From Blasia pusilla (taxonomy: Eukaryota), in the NCBI GenBank assembly GCA_050084515.1, contig CM114271.1, forward strand, positions 41,416,001-41,480,000: a stretch of 64,000 bases of DNA. The letters are read 5' to 3'. This document shows positions 26,621 to 47,354 of this stretch, in pieces. Both the position numbers and the translations under genes were made by a program. The notes under the pieces are model-generated. The model worked only from the letters and a program-made list of their open reading frames with translations, was not told where the DNA came from and ran no database searches. Numbering within the stretch: position 1 is the first letter of the stretch; every line of letters starts with the position of its first letter.

Positions 26621-27353
26621 TGTTTAATTAAAGAATATATCTAGAGATATCAAAAGTTAACTATAAATGATTATGAATAAATAAATAAGAGTTAAGTAAT
26701 TATATATCATTGGTTTTGATATGCACACATCTCAAAATCATAATAAATATAATTTATTTACATATAAAGCCTTCTCTGGAATACTTAGTACAGGACAAAG
26801 TTATAATTGTTGGCACTAATAATTATAATGTTTGTTGGCTCCATGGAATCTTGAAGGTATCACGGGTCTCATTCTAATATTCTTTGCTTGGCAAAGAGTA
26901 TCCCATATTGAGTCTTTGTAAAGCAATAGACTTGACTTGGGTCTTTGAGATCAATTTTTGAGGTGCCTTATGAGATATTTATAGTTAGAATTGGTTTTGA
27001 AAAATTTCAATATTAAGCAATTTCCTCTAATTGCATAGAAAATCCCAATGTTAGCCATTCCACCAACCCTTGATTGATATTCCTCCTCCTACTTTTGAGC
27101 CATCTCTAGAGTGTGGTTGATAATCCCTTGAGGTGTATCTTCAACCACACCTTGTCTTGCAACTTAAAACATGCCCAAACATGAAACCATCGTTAACTTT
27201 TGATCATCTGTATTACTGTTGGAGAGTGTCTTCTTGATTTACAAACAATTGTATGCCTTACACGTGGAAATTGGGTGGCAGGATTTTTTTTTTTGCATAC
27301 TAGAGTAACCAAAAAAATTTAAATTTGTGTGCAACATCATTAGTCCCTTCACT

Positions 27354-27381
27354 CCCGTGCATCGTACACGATGTATACTAG
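27354..27381 (+). mobile_element. Helitron-like 3' terminus
   Basis: cccgtg-catcgt-ac-acgatg hairpin (27360-27373), then tata and CTAG (27378-27381) followed by T. Confidence 0.6.
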
Positions 27382-29026
27382 TAATTAATGAGTGTGCAAG
27401 GGAAGTCTACTCGTGACCCTTATGGTGAATTGTTGAATGATTTTCACACTCAATCCTAATTCATATTGACGTTATAATCTTATGATGAACCCTCGTTATC
27501 CATCTCATATGTCTCATGATTAATTACTTATTTTCTCTTGTAATTTTGGTGCCATTCAATAGGTCTTCCTATTATACATCAATTGTGGCTAGTCGAAATG
27601 GGAACTAATGCCTTAAGACTACCCCTAGCCTCAAACCCATATGACCATGCACTTTTGTCTCTTGTCTTGTTCTTTAATGTTCACAAGTGGTTCTCTCCCT
27701 TGTAACTAAAACAAATATTTTGAAAAGCATTGGTTGACAAATCTTAGCTCTAGGAGCTGGCATGGCATCCTTTAAATCTTGACGTTATCTCAATACTTCT
27801 TTCCCATGGTAACAAACCTCTGAATCCCTTTGGATTACTACGCCATACATAAATATTTATATTTGTCTTCTAATTCCCAATCTTATAGCCTAGACCCTCA
27901 CAATTGTACGTTCTTTCCCTACTATCACTCATAACTTAGTATATATTTAACCTTAGTGTTGACACTATGGCTTGTTCTCCTTTGACATGTGATCATAATT
28001 CATCTTTAGAGTACTTGATAGGGTATATTATTATTAATTATTCGCAAGGAAGGTCACTACACTCAAGCTCGGAGAAAGCCATGGAGCTTGTGTTGAAAAT
28101 TTGAAAAGAACCTCTATGATATTTGTTTGTCCATATACTTATTCATAAAAATGTATGTGTAAAACATTTGGAATATTGAAATATAAGGTGGTATGTTCTA
28201 TTAATTTGTTTTCAAAAAATAAAAAGATTAATCTATTCATCATATACAATTTGAAGCCATATGTAAATATAAAATTACTGAAATTTGAATCGAGACTAGT
28301 TTCGTATAGTGTAGCATGAATTTGACCTAAAGTTTATTCATTATTTATTTTATAATAAGGATTTTTCACATACTCAACCTAATTTTTTATGTGAGGAAAA
28401 AAAATCAAAACATGCACTAGAGGAAGTAGAATTCTGGGAAATAGACACTATCAATCTCAATCCTTTATTTAATTAAACATATCCCACTTGGCCTAAAAAA
28501 ATATTATTATTGGAGAGGGCCATTCGGTCTTCGAATTCCTCTACTATTGAATTTGACCCATTCAAGTAATAACATTGTTCTATTTCTTAGTAAATAGGAT
28601 AATTCCAAATTTATTGAAAAAATCTCTTAACAATTTAAGAATTAATGAAATCATAAATCATATTTTTACATTTAAGAATAATTTATACTACCCATTATGG
28701 CATTCAACTAGTTTAGAAAATAACTACTTAGTATAAATCTGTAGGATTATACCTACCCAACGTTAAAGTAATAAATAAAACTAAGGTCAACTTTTGAGCG
28801 TGAGGGATCGTGGCGAAACTCGTCGCCCAAAGGTAGACTTCATATAAAAAAATATAAAATATGCCTTTTGGTGTAGGAGCGAGGAAATAATCATTTCATA
28901 TATGGCCCACGAGACCATTTCATCTCGACCGAGACGTATCGAGACGGCGATATCACTACAGGCAACTATAGCGACGGCGCACCGTCGCCTTGTATCCCGC
29001 TGTTACGACGTGGGAAAGGGTAAAAC

Positions 29027-29560
29027 TGGGGTTAGGTTAGATTAGGTGAAGATTGGGGAACAGGGGAGAAGAGCGGGTGAAAGAGTAGCGGCTCAAATAG
29101 AGAGAGCTGTGATTTATCGACGGAAAAGCGAGGAGGTTGGATGGCAGGCCGGCGATGGCGGAGCAGAAGCAGCTCAGGAAAATAATCGAGGGAGAGCGAT
29201 AGATTTGACGACGGACAGAGGAAGCGGGACAGATGGACAGGAGGACAGCTAGCTAGTGCGAGGGAGCACAAAGAGACGCAGGGATTGGGCGAAGAGAGTG
29301 GGAGCGAGAGCGAGGAGGGGAGAGGAGTAATGACGGAGTGTGAGAAGGTCGGGTCCGGTGAGTTCGTCTGAAGGAGGTAGGGGCTAGGGGTGTGGGAGTT
29401 GATCGAGAGGTGGGCAGGGGAAGGTTTTGTGTTTGGTGAGGAGTAGCGAGGGAGGACGGGCGGGCGAGCGAGCGGGCGAGCGGTCGGTCGGGAGGCGAGG
29501 CGGAGCGAGGGTGACTGATGCGAGAGGTGGTGGTGGTAGAAGCAAGGTCGCAAAATGAGC
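29027..29560 (+). promoter_or_regulatory. Purine-rich proximal promoter / 5' leader of the kinase gene
   Basis: Abrupt AT-to-GC/GA-rich transition at ~28800-29030. TGGCCCA site II-like motif at ~28903. Long GA-rich tract with gcga repeats upstream of the ATG at 30036. Confidence 0.5.
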
Positions 29561-30035
29561 TGGGAATGTCGTGGAACATGATGTGCCTCGGGAGGTTTAA
29601 GAGGTAGTTTGTCGAAGGGCGGCACTTGCTGCTTCTGCTGCTGCTTGTGTTCTCAGGTTCTTCAGGTTCCTAATCGTTTTTGAGGTGTCTAGGTCAGTTT
29701 ATGGTTTTTTGGGAGTGAGTTTGAGAGTGAGGAGCTGATGCTTGTATTTCGTGTAGAGTAAAGCATGATAGGGGGAAGTGTCCCGCAATTGGCTGTAGAC
29801 TACGCTCGATTGTTGCGGTCAAGCTGTAATTGGAGATGCATGGGGCACGGAGGGTCTTGTAAGCACCGCACGTAAGAGGGAGAGGGATTGAGACGCTGCG
29901 CGTCAGCGGGAACTACTCCGTTTGCCATGGCATGAAGTAGCCTTTATGAATACTTGATTGGGAAAGTGAGAAAGCGTGATGATGTAAAGATACAATAGAG
30001 TAGACAGGAACTTGTAGCAAGGAAAGGAACAAGAC

Positions 30036-36815
<6,780 letters not shown>

Positions 36816-38619
36816 CCAACTTCGTTATCTGCGTGTAAACCACTTGACATCAGCTGTGGATCCTTGTCTCGTGGAAGATGCGGAGACAGGCTGCCCAGCT
36901 GAAATTTCGCATTGAGCTGGCAAGAGGGCTAGTCATTGGGGATGTGGATGCATTTCAAACTAAAGTGCTCCACTGGGTACCGAGCTTGGAAAGCAAGGCG
37001 CCCTCTTCTGCCCATTAAGTTGTGACATTGATGCTAGGACAGTAGTCTTGTTCAGATGATTGTTTGGGACGTAAAGCCACACACACACAGCACACACATA
37101 CACACATCCATATGCTTATTAACTCTTTCTTGGGTGTTAGAATAGTTCTGTATGGGGGTATATTATTGTGGGCTAGCAGCAATTGAATTCCTGTTGGGAC
37201 TCAATAAAGACGCATGTTGAAGTAACTGGGTGCTAGTTGGTTAGTTTTCCACCATTTCAGATCCCAGGAATAGGTTTAGATAATATCTTGGAGGTAGTTG
37301 TGCCCAGTGCGACATGCTTTATCATCACCATGAGTGAAGTCGTTTCAGCTTAGTAATTCCTTTCAATAGCTTTGTTGCACCTTATTTGAGCCTTCTCTAC
37401 TGCATCCCTTGGCCTCCTGAGTAGTGTGCGAGGTTAATTGTATAGAAGTTGAATAGCAATGCAGCCATTTTTAAAGACAGAAGTGCCGGGAGATCTGTTC
37501 CAGTGCCAGCAGCTAGATATGACGAACTAGCAAAGTCAGTTGGTTGTAAAGTTTACAGGTGAGCTCTCCTCACACCAGGAAAATAAAAATAGATCACTTG
37601 TTAGGAAAAAAATTGAAGTATCCTTTCGTAAGAGCTGTTATAATAGAATTCTTTTGAGACTTTTATTCTTCAGACTGTATCTGTTGTAGATGAGTCCAGT
37701 GATCTTTTCTGGGTTAGGTTGAGGGACAAGACTCTGAGTCACCTTGCCATGAGGTGAAGACCATTCAAAATGCAATGTAATGACAGGGAGGGTGACTGTC
37801 AGATGCCTTTTTCTTTTTGTCGTCTGGTAGACCTTATTGATGCTCTGCCAGGGTGTCAAATTTGCATGATAACAGTTTCATACTCTAATGTTACTAGGAA
37901 TTACCAAGATTTTGTATGTCTTCAATGTGCGAGATGGCCTGACACTGCTGCAATGAGAGCACAGTGTATAATCAGGTAAAATGAATTTAAAAGTAGAATT
38001 GCGCCAGCTTAATGCCAGATGTGGTTTACTTCGAATTGTGAGATCGATACTCAAATCAGAGTGGTTAAGAGGTTCTCTGTAAGTGTTGGATGTGTCCACA
38101 CGGACCACGTTATTAGTGCAAATGTGCTTGAGAATGGTGCTGGTGGATTTTCGGTTGTGCTGGTGTTTCCCCTTTCCCCTTTACCCTTAGCAGAATGATG
38201 CGGTGAACAAAGTAGCCGGTTCCATTTACGACTTTCCTCGCATGCAGCAAAGTGGAGAGTTGGTGAAAAGGTATAGTCCGGAGCTGAATAAGGTGAAACG
38301 ATTATGTGGGTGTTGGTCTATGAGTCCCAGTACCTCGGATGTATGGGGATGTAGATTGCAGTAATGGGCCTGGATCCAATCCCCGGCAGGAGGGTGTAGG
38401 ACTTTGTAGCTCTAATAGTTCTCAACTCCTATCCTCATTTATAAAAGAAAGTCGAATCATTTTGAAAATCAATTCTGGTTCCCAAAGCACTCTTATCTTA
38501 TTTGGTATGACGAATTGAACTTTCAAAAATTGGTAATTTCACATTTTCGCCCCCATCTTGACACGACACTCAAATCCTAACATTTAAGAAAGTACAAGGT
38601 TTTCTCCTAAACGAACCCT

Positions 38620-38850
38620 GACATCTTATGTGCTTCATACTAAGACCACATGAAGTACAAGAAGACTTACCTTTATGGGGTTTTGTCAGATGTTTCTCGT
38701 GGAATTTGTGAATCTTGGAGTGCAAGAAGACTCTTACCTCCATAAGATGTTTTAGGGTGATTCGTACTAAGATGACACGAGGTGCATGAAGACTCTCACC
38801 TCCATATGGGTTTTCTCTGATGTTTTTCGTGGATTTTGTGAATCTTGGAA
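38620..38850. repeat. Imperfect tandem duplication (~127-bp period)
   Basis: gaagact..acct..at.gggtttt...gatgttt.tcgtgga.tttgtgaatcttgga at ~38662-38719 and ~38788-38849. Confidence 0.75.
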
Positions 38851-39520
38851 ATCACTCAATCTCCTTCTTCAATTCTGACCACCAGTAGGTGGTCAGAATT
38901 CTCTCGATTTATCGCAGAACGACGTTTTGAAATTCGGACAGAGTCGGAAGCAGCGAGCCCGATAAATTTTCGCTCTTAACCGTAAACCCAGGTTGCATGG
39001 GGTATGTTTCATACCCAGCGAAAGAGCCTTGTGAAGAAGTGCGCATGTTTGTATTCCCGGTCATAAAGCTAGATTCACAGGTTTCCTCCGACAAGTTTCT
39101 CTAGTGTTCACCCTAAACCTCACTTCGCCTTCGTCTAATCTTTGTCCTTCCATTTTTCCTTGGTTTTCCCGTTCGGAAAAGACCAAATTTAATCCTGTCC
39201 CTTTCTCAAGCCTTATTTCATTTTCATTCCAGCCCTAGACATTTTGAGCTCAAGTTTAGTCATGATCAAGTTGAATTACAATCGAGTCATTTGAAATAGG
39301 CATAATCATAAGAATTTTACGTTTCTATCTAAGTCATGCCTTTATGATGCAACTGCTTGTAAGGGAATCGAATAGAATTAGAAGGTCTCCTTTCATAACT
39401 GATTGCCATAATTTTGGCAAGGATTTTTAATTGATAACTTGTTAATTATTGAATTTTTTAAAACTCTGCTTAATAATTTAAAAAAGTGTGGCCAAAGATG
39501 AGAGCACGAAATTGATCACA

Positions 39521-39544
39521 TCTCTCTCTCTCTCTCTCTCTCTC
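39521..39544. repeat. (TC)n microsatellite at the 5' flank of the LINE
   Basis: Direct read. Confidence 0.95.
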
Positions 39545-42500
39545 CTTCTTTTGAAGTTGGATTCACGGGCCCTCCTCTGCAGCTTAATGCCAGGGCTGTT
39601 CACCTTGGCAGGTAGTGATGATCTCTGGGGGTAACAAGCGGGCTCTCTTTGGGCACCCTGCCGCTTGGAGGCAGCCCCTCCGCACAAATAGGACAGCGAG
39701 TCCCTGTCTGGACTCTCGGGCTGGGAGCTACTCGGGCCCTTTGGTCGAGTGTATCGCCTTGGTCGACCCTCTCCCCTATCGCGCCTCCGGCCCTCAGTGA
39801 TGCTTTTATGGCATTAAACATTCTCCCCAGATCCTAAATCAATTGTCTGCCAAACCTCTACATATAATCAGCGGCCTTGAGCCCAATATATCTCAGTCCT
39901 CCCAAGCTTGTGAGGAGTATCAGTTCACCTATCAAAGGCGCATACCAAAGCCCACCATCCCCAAGCTGGGTGGGGAATACCGGCATGTTTATGTGAGACG
40001 CTCAAAGCCCCCCCGGAGTTCGGACCTGGGCAGCGAGTTCAATCTGGTCTACAGGAGGAGACCACGGTTCCACATGATCATTTTCGGTGTACGTCCCACA
40101 ATAGACTTTGTCTCATTTAAGATCATGTGCGGAGCTTTGGGCTTTGAATTCCTGGCTATTGTTGGGGTTACTCGGATGATGAACGGCAATCAATGTATCT
40201 TCAAGGCGTCTATCAAGGGCAGAGGAGGCCAATACTTGGCTTGCCACAAAAACCAGGTGTCTCAAGATCTGAGACGTGCCTACAAATTGAGGGCTATGGT
40301 AGTCGAGGGTGGTTCCAGCTTGAAGGAAAGGCCCATCTCCACAAAACCGCTGGTGATCTACACACCTATTATCTTTAGTGTTCTCCAAGGGACCAGCGAT
40401 GAAGAGCCTGCACATGAAGAGGTTCCATGTCGCAAGCAGCCACACCGACGCCAAAAGCGTGCCCGCCGATCCCCAACCCACTTAGTAACAGGTCTCCGTT
40501 TGGGTACCTGGAACTTCTGTGGACTGACCCATGCAATGAAGCATATGGAGGTTGCTGAAGTTTTGCTGAAAAATCAAATACATACATGTGGGGGTCAGGA
40601 AACTTGGGAAACCAAGTTAATGGAGATACCCCATGTACCACACTATGCATGGTTTGGAAAGATGTGCAGCACCCAGGCGGACAACAACAGAGGTATGAAG
40701 GGTTTCGGGTTCTTCATCAAAGACTTCATGGTGGACAAGTGTGAGATCATCAGCACAGGGCTCGAGAATGAACACAGCATATGGGTCAAAGTACAGTGAG
40801 TGCAACTCGCGGGATATGTATATAAGGTGTATTTACATGCCTACAAGCGGTGAATCTTTGTTGTAATAGAGGCGACATTTGATAGTGTGAAAACTGATTG
40901 CCTTGGGTTCCGGACAAAGGGGAACATAGTCTTCTTTGGGAGACTTCAGCAATTTGGGTGGGGCAAGGCACTCATCCCCTGATCTGATCTTCCAATGTAC
41001 ATCGCATCCATTGTGATCTTCCCCTTTGCGTGTGTAGAGTTCCTCATCCACAACTATGTAGTCCACAATGGAACTCTCATTCTCCTTGAAGTTGACCCTA
41101 TTCCAAGCCGGGGATCCCACCTTATGCCTATCATTAAGTGCCATCACTTGAAGTTCCCTCAACATCGTGATCAGCCGTGTGCCATTGCCATTCACTCTCA
41201 CATCTCCAAACATCCCGATCGGAGATCGGGATGTTTGGAGATGTGAGAGTGAATGGCAATGGCACATGATCACGATGTTGAGGGAACTTCAAGTGATGGC
41301 ACTAATGATAGGCATAAGGTGGGATCAACTTGACTAGGGTCAACTTCAAGGAGAATGAGAGTTCCATTGTGACTACATAGTTGTGGATGAGGAACTCTAC
41401 ACACGCAAAGGGGAAGATCACAAAGTGGATGCATGGACATTGAAGATCAGATCATTCATTGGTCCGACAGAGTTGCAAAGCAAAGGCTAAAATGCTCGAC
41501 CAAACCAAAGTGAAGAGGGTGATCAAGAAATGGAGGATAGAGGACTTCAAGATGAGGGCAACAAGAAGGTGTACATTGGCAAGTGGAAGAAAATCTCTGG
41601 GCATTTGACACTTTCATTGAATCTCTTGTCAAGACCTTTGGGTTCACAAGAACAACTGTGGGACATGGTCTTTGGCATGGTGGGAGCGTGGAGTGACAGA
41701 TGCCTCCGAGATTCTTTGTTAGGTGAAATTGATAATATGCGGCAGAGCTGTCAAATGATGGTCCTTGGAACTCAGGGAGCCATTGCCAAACGAAGGGAAG
41801 CGTATGTCACAAGTGCCAAAGCCAGGGACGATGCATCCTTGTGAGCAGAGTATGTGGCCCTACGCAGGAAACTCGTCTTCTCGTGCGCATGCACAAGAAG
41901 AAAATGAACAAGCCACATACTCATCCATCAATGAGAATTTCACTAAGAATCAGAAAAAGTTATGGATGGAAGTGCAGAAATTGAGCAAGGCCAGGGACAA
42001 AAACGAGCGTAAAGGCCTTGAAGAGAAAAGACGGTGGAATGGTGACCACGGCTAAACAGATCCGACATGTGTTGGAAGGCCATTACAAAGAGTTAGGCGG
42101 GAAGCCCGCTTTCGGACATCCCTTGAAGAGCAAAACTTCGAGAGAGGGTGGTGGAGGATTTTGTTAAGATACAACGGGAGAAGGCGGATGATGAGGTTGA
42201 GTGGGCAACCCATATAATGATTGGTTCTCCCATGTCTGAGGTGGGAGCAGCAATCAAAGAACTTGTGAACCACAAAGCGGCGGTGGTGATGAGCTTGTGA
42301 ATGAGCTGTTGAAGTATGGCGATCTTTGCTATGGCTCGTTCTCTAGTGAGTCTCTTCAACCTGGTCTGGCGGGCAGAAGTCATCCCACAAAGATGGCGGA
42401 TGGGAGTCATCGTGAACCTCTTCAAGAAGGGTGAGCAAGAAGACCCTGGAAACTACAGGGGTATTACATTGCTGAGTGTAGTCAGGAAGCTCCTCTGCCG

Positions 42501-44334
42501 TATACTTAACAATAGGATCTCTATGTACCTGGAGGAGAATTCTGTCATCAAGGAAGGCCAGGCTGGCTTCCGGCAAGGCCAAGGATGCATGGACCACATC
42601 TTCACCTTCAGTCAGATCATCTAGGGTAGGAAAAAAGAGGGGAAACCCACCTATTGCTTCTTCTTGGACCTCAAGAAGGCATACGACATTGTATGGTGTG
42701 ACGGGATTTCTTATAGCCTGTGGAAGGCGGGGTTGAGAGGGAAAATGTGGAGGGTGGTGGAGAAGATGTACCAGAACACAAGGAGTAGAGTTCTGGTGAA
42801 TGGCCAAAAGAGTGGGACATTCGACATCAAGCAAGGAGTGGCTCAAGGATGCCCGCTCTCCCCCACCCTCTTCAACATTTTCGTGAATTCCCTATTGGAA
42901 GAAATGGAGGATAGTGGACTAGGCATACGGGTGGGCAACACCTCTATTATTGCCCTCATGTTTGCTGATGACTTTGGTGGCCTCGAGGAAATAGGAGAGA
43001 AACTCCAAGAGATGATCTCCCTGACCAAAATCTGGTGTGACATGTGGGGCATGGAGGAAAATGTACTGAAGTGCGATGTGATGATTTTCAATGGCAAGGA
43101 GGAGGACCAAGACCAAAAGTGGTACTGGGGTGACCAAGAGATCCCACGTGTGGCTACCTACACCTATCTGGGCATAGAATTCTCGGAAGATTGCATGTGG
43201 GATGCACACATCAAGAAGACTCTTGAGAAAGGCCACAAGAAGATGAAGCAGTCTGTCGATTCCTCTGATCTTGGGGACATCACATCAGAAGTAAAGCTGT
43301 GTCATTTTGCATACCATTCATCCTCGCTGGAATACGGGCAGCAGTGTGGGATGCCAACACCAAACAAATGGATAGGCTTGAAGTCGTGCGGCGGTGAAAG
43401 GCGTTTCGGGTATGATGTCAACTTCATCACGAACAACCCGCGTTGGTGTGAGATCAGAACTAGGTGTGGAACCCTTGGAGGATAGACGTGACATCGCCAA
43501 GTTGAAATGGAGGAGGCAGCTGGAGACAATGGACTCCCATCGCTATCCTAAAGAGGTGATGGGGAAAACCTGGACCCAAAGAAGACCCGTAAAACATGCC
43601 AAATCTTGGACGAAAAAGGTTCAAGAGATTGTGCAAGCATCCAAGCTCCCAGCACAGCATTCGTGGGAGCAAGATGAGAAAGCATTCGTGGATACCATAA
43701 CTAAAGCAGTGGGCAAACGCTCACAGCAGAACAGCATGGAGGAAGCCATGAAAATGTCTGACCTCTCTCTTTTGACGGTATATCCCGAGAGGGCGAATCA
43801 AGAACTATTTATGGGAACCCCTTGCTTGGGAACGCGGCTCAAGTTCAAGTTCGGGGACGGGGCAATCCCCTTGCACCATAAGAAAAGCGAGGATGGGAAC
43901 AGAACTAAACTCTTGCGCCTTGTGTGACGATGGGGACGAAACCTCTAGTCATTACTTGGTCTCTGCGCCAAAATTCACAACACACAGAGCAAGAGCATAT
44001 CCGATATTGCTAAGTGGTAGCACCAGAATTGTTCAACACATTCAGTAGCCTTGATTCATTGCCCTAAGCTTTGACCTTTGGTAAGTAATGTCTATTGGGG
44101 ATCCCAATCAGGTAAAGTAGTTTGTGTGGTGAAGAGTTTCTTGGTTGACACTTGGAAGCTCCGCACAAACACGTTGTTTGGTCAGCACTCACACTATATG
44201 AGAGTGTCTCCCTCCTCTCATATGGTACCTTCTTCACTTGCTTCTCTCTCTACACCCATCCCACTCTCAAGCACCGTCCAACTAGGGCGCGGGGTCTATG
44301 GTCGCAAGGCTACAACAGGCACTACTTAATGAGT
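39545..44334 (+). mobile_element. Near full-length non-LTR retrotransposon (APE endonuclease + RT + CCHC), disrupted
   Basis: APE motifs LGTWN/QETW/GFGF/FFGDF/SIVDY. RT motifs NYRGITLLS, QAGFR, DLKKAYD, GVAQGCPLSPTLF, FADD, YTYLG. C-terminal CALC..E...H (~43914). Flanked on both sides by (CT)n. Confidence 0.92.
40980..41454. repeat. ~240-bp fold-back inverted duplication within the LINE endonuclease
   Basis: 40980-41220 is the reverse complement of 41224-41454, with a 3-nt loop (gga, 41221-41223). Confidence 0.95.
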
Positions 44335-44351
44335 ACACACACACACACACA

Positions 44352-44416
<65 letters not shown>
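44335..44416. repeat. (AC)n(TC)n compound microsatellite at the LINE 3' end
   Basis: Direct read. Confidence 0.97.
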
Positions 44417-44420
<4 letters not shown>

Positions 44421-47354
44421 CCTCATTACTCACTTGGAAGTCTTTGATTCTTCTTGGTGATGAAATCATAATACTTTTTCTCATCGATGATCAACAAAAC
44501 TACTTGTGCTTTAACAAGGAACAATTAAGTGAAGTGAATATAATCCCTACATGAGCATAAGCGTTTAGAGGGCTCCAGTCGAGGTGGAGTGCACTTATGC
44601 AAATCCGAGCATGTCGCTTTTCCAAAAGTAAGGGTTGTGTTCTTAAGTCAAGTAGAATGGTGAATGGTGGATCAATCAATAACTCTAGATGGAACAATTG
44701 ATTCGCACATAGGTTGGTTTTTCAGTATCAACATGTTTGATGCAACCATGACTTGCTGTATTCTTGGAATAATTTATCTATTCAAGATGTCATTGTATTT
44801 GAAGTAGAGCAAGAGTAGATATTAGCCTTTTGATGAGGAGGTTATGTGTGTAGTTAGGTGTGGATGAACCAAAAGTGATTTGTTGACCTTCCTTGGTGAC
44901 ATATGTGCACATGTCATCTTTTGGGAGGTTTCTTGGGACTTTCTTGGAAGTATTTTGAAAACTCTTGATTTTTTAAGAATCTATTGTTCAAGTTGAGATG
45001 ATATGTATGCCCAATCATCTTCTTGGACCCTTGGGATTTGGAGAGGGCTATAACCCAAGGGAAAGCTCATCTTTCCACAATTAAGCCTCCCAATCATAAG
45101 CTAGAGTAGGGTGCTTTTGACATACATTAGACCCAAATTCCCTCAATTTTAATGGTTCAATTTTTGTTCAATGTATTATGAGGGAGCGATGTGTTTCCCA
45201 TATGATTTCATTGCGGGAAAAAAAATGGATTTACCCTAGAGAGACTTACGATTGTCGCTCCTACAACTTAAGTGATGTAACTTGAGGAATGTGAATGTGG
45301 TTCGTGGAGCCACACAAAGAGGGTCAAGAAGATGCGGTTTTAGTTGAGGAGGTAAGTTGATAAGGTCGGCATCGCAATTCTTTGTGCGAGAGTCACAAAT
45401 TATGGTGTAGCCATTGGAGACCCAAATTTCAAGTGTGATACAAGTGAGTGAGAGATTACTACTACTTGGGTACACTAAAAAACTCAATATATAGGGCTTT
45501 AAGTTTGTGGGATGGGTTGTGCATGCATATTAAGCTTATCTGTGGGATTTTAACATACTTGTATCAATTGTGGAACAAAATATGTTGTAATGTGTTGCAC
45601 GACCCTAAGTTATTGAGACGTTATTGGCAAGAGATTTATATATACGTAGATGCAATGGTCAAATCAAAAGCATGGTGAATAAGAAATGAAGGGCCATATT
45701 TGGTTATTGGTTATGTGAAACCTAATTTTAAGATTATAGGTGTGAACTCGTTATGACATTGTGGAAACAACGAGTCATTTGGGCATTGAGGCGAGGATAA
45801 TTGTTACCACTATTTGTAGTATTGTCTTGAATGTACTTCCTTGAATGCCAATCTTATGTATCATGGATGCTTGCGCTCCACAAGTCACACTCTCATTACT
45901 GATATGCATATGAACATACTCTTACTAGCTATGATTTTAGGTTAACCAACTTTACGTCTCCCAAGTTTGGGTCTTAAGTCACCCCTCAATTCCAAAAAAT
46001 CTAAAAAAGGTTAGATATTGACCTAATTAATCACTTCCCAACACAAGCAAGTCACTCAAGACTTGGTATACACTTCCTTAATAATCTTGGGACTTGAAAT
46101 GAAGATAGTGTGCTTGGCCATCTCGATTTTTGAATGGGCCTCAAACGAGTATCTAATCGGAGCTCAATATTTGAGCCTCGGGTCAAGTTTCAAGGACAAG
46201 GCATAAAATATTGGAATGTATGGTCTTGGCTTGATGTCAAAACCCCAATGCCAATCTTTTAATATGTCTTTCCATGGTTCCCCAAGTGGAGTTTAGGTTC
46301 CAAACTGCCTTGGAAACACTCCCCCTTATATGTTTTACAAGAGAAATTTATCCACTTCTTCATCCACAAGAATTCTTCTTGGTCTGCTCCTTATGGCTCT
46401 TAACCCAAAATTCATTCCAATTGGGTTTGTTTTTGTCGCAATCCTCATAGCCAAAAAAGCGCCAAGCAGAACATCCGAACTCTAGCACGCTTACGCTAGG
46501 ATGGTTTGTGCGTTGGAGTGGTCTCTTGGAAGAGACTCAAAAGACACAAGAGATGAAACGCGCACAATGTTGAGCGTTTCATGTGTTTATGGTCTCGACT
46601 AGGAAACTTGGACCAAACGTGAACCAAGTTGGTTTCCAAAGAGGTGAGAAGCGGATTCGAAACGTGAATAGCGTTTGGGATTTTGACTATATTTTGGACC
46701 ATAAATTTTAGTTCTAGGATGCATTTGGGACAAATAAGGGGGAGTTGGAATGCTTATGCAAAGAAAGTTCCAATGCACCAAAGATCTCAGAAAACGCACA
46801 AGAAAAGGTTGCGATATTGGCTGAAAATAGCTATACGGGGAGTTGGGTTGGAGGCCAAAAATAGGGGCCCAAGTGTCTCTTCCCCAAAGGTAGGCAGGGA
46901 TCCCCAAAAGTACTAGTAACGGTGAAAGTATTCAAGAGTGCTTGGAACTCAAAACCCCACTTTGGGATGCCGTGGGGTGACCCAAGAGCACGGAATGGAT
47001 CGGGAGTTTTGGCGTTCGGATTCGAAACCCAAACCAAGTCCAATAAAGTGTATTTCGGAGATCCATATTGGATTCCAACCCGCTACTCATATTGTTGGGT
47101 TTTGGTTAGGGGGCTCATGCGAGGCCCATTGATTAGTTGGGACTGCTTGGCGCGCAAACGTTGTTTTAGGTGTCTAGACTAACCAGAAAGTTTGTCCCAC
47201 GTCTCGGAAGACTTCACCGTGTTGGGAAGCTAGAAACGAGGGAAGGTTGAGCTTGATGAGGTGCCAAGTTTAGAACTCGGTGGGTTGGAAGATCGATTGA
47301 TCCAGAACAAACTTACGTGAGTGTGTTTGGGTGTAGATCAGCGATGAAAGCGTA

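Noticed and set aside
29032-29625. 197-aa and 108-aa minus-strand ORFs
   Set aside because: Low-complexity Pro/Ser/Leu translations of the GA-rich kinase leader; no domain signal.
42343-43236. Long antisense ORFs over the LINE RT
   Set aside because: Shadow frames of the sense RT coding sequence.
46200-47060. Degenerate inverted similarity between ~46230-46320 and ~46925-47015
   Set aside because: Weak match; probably fragments of an unclassified repeat with no definable termini.
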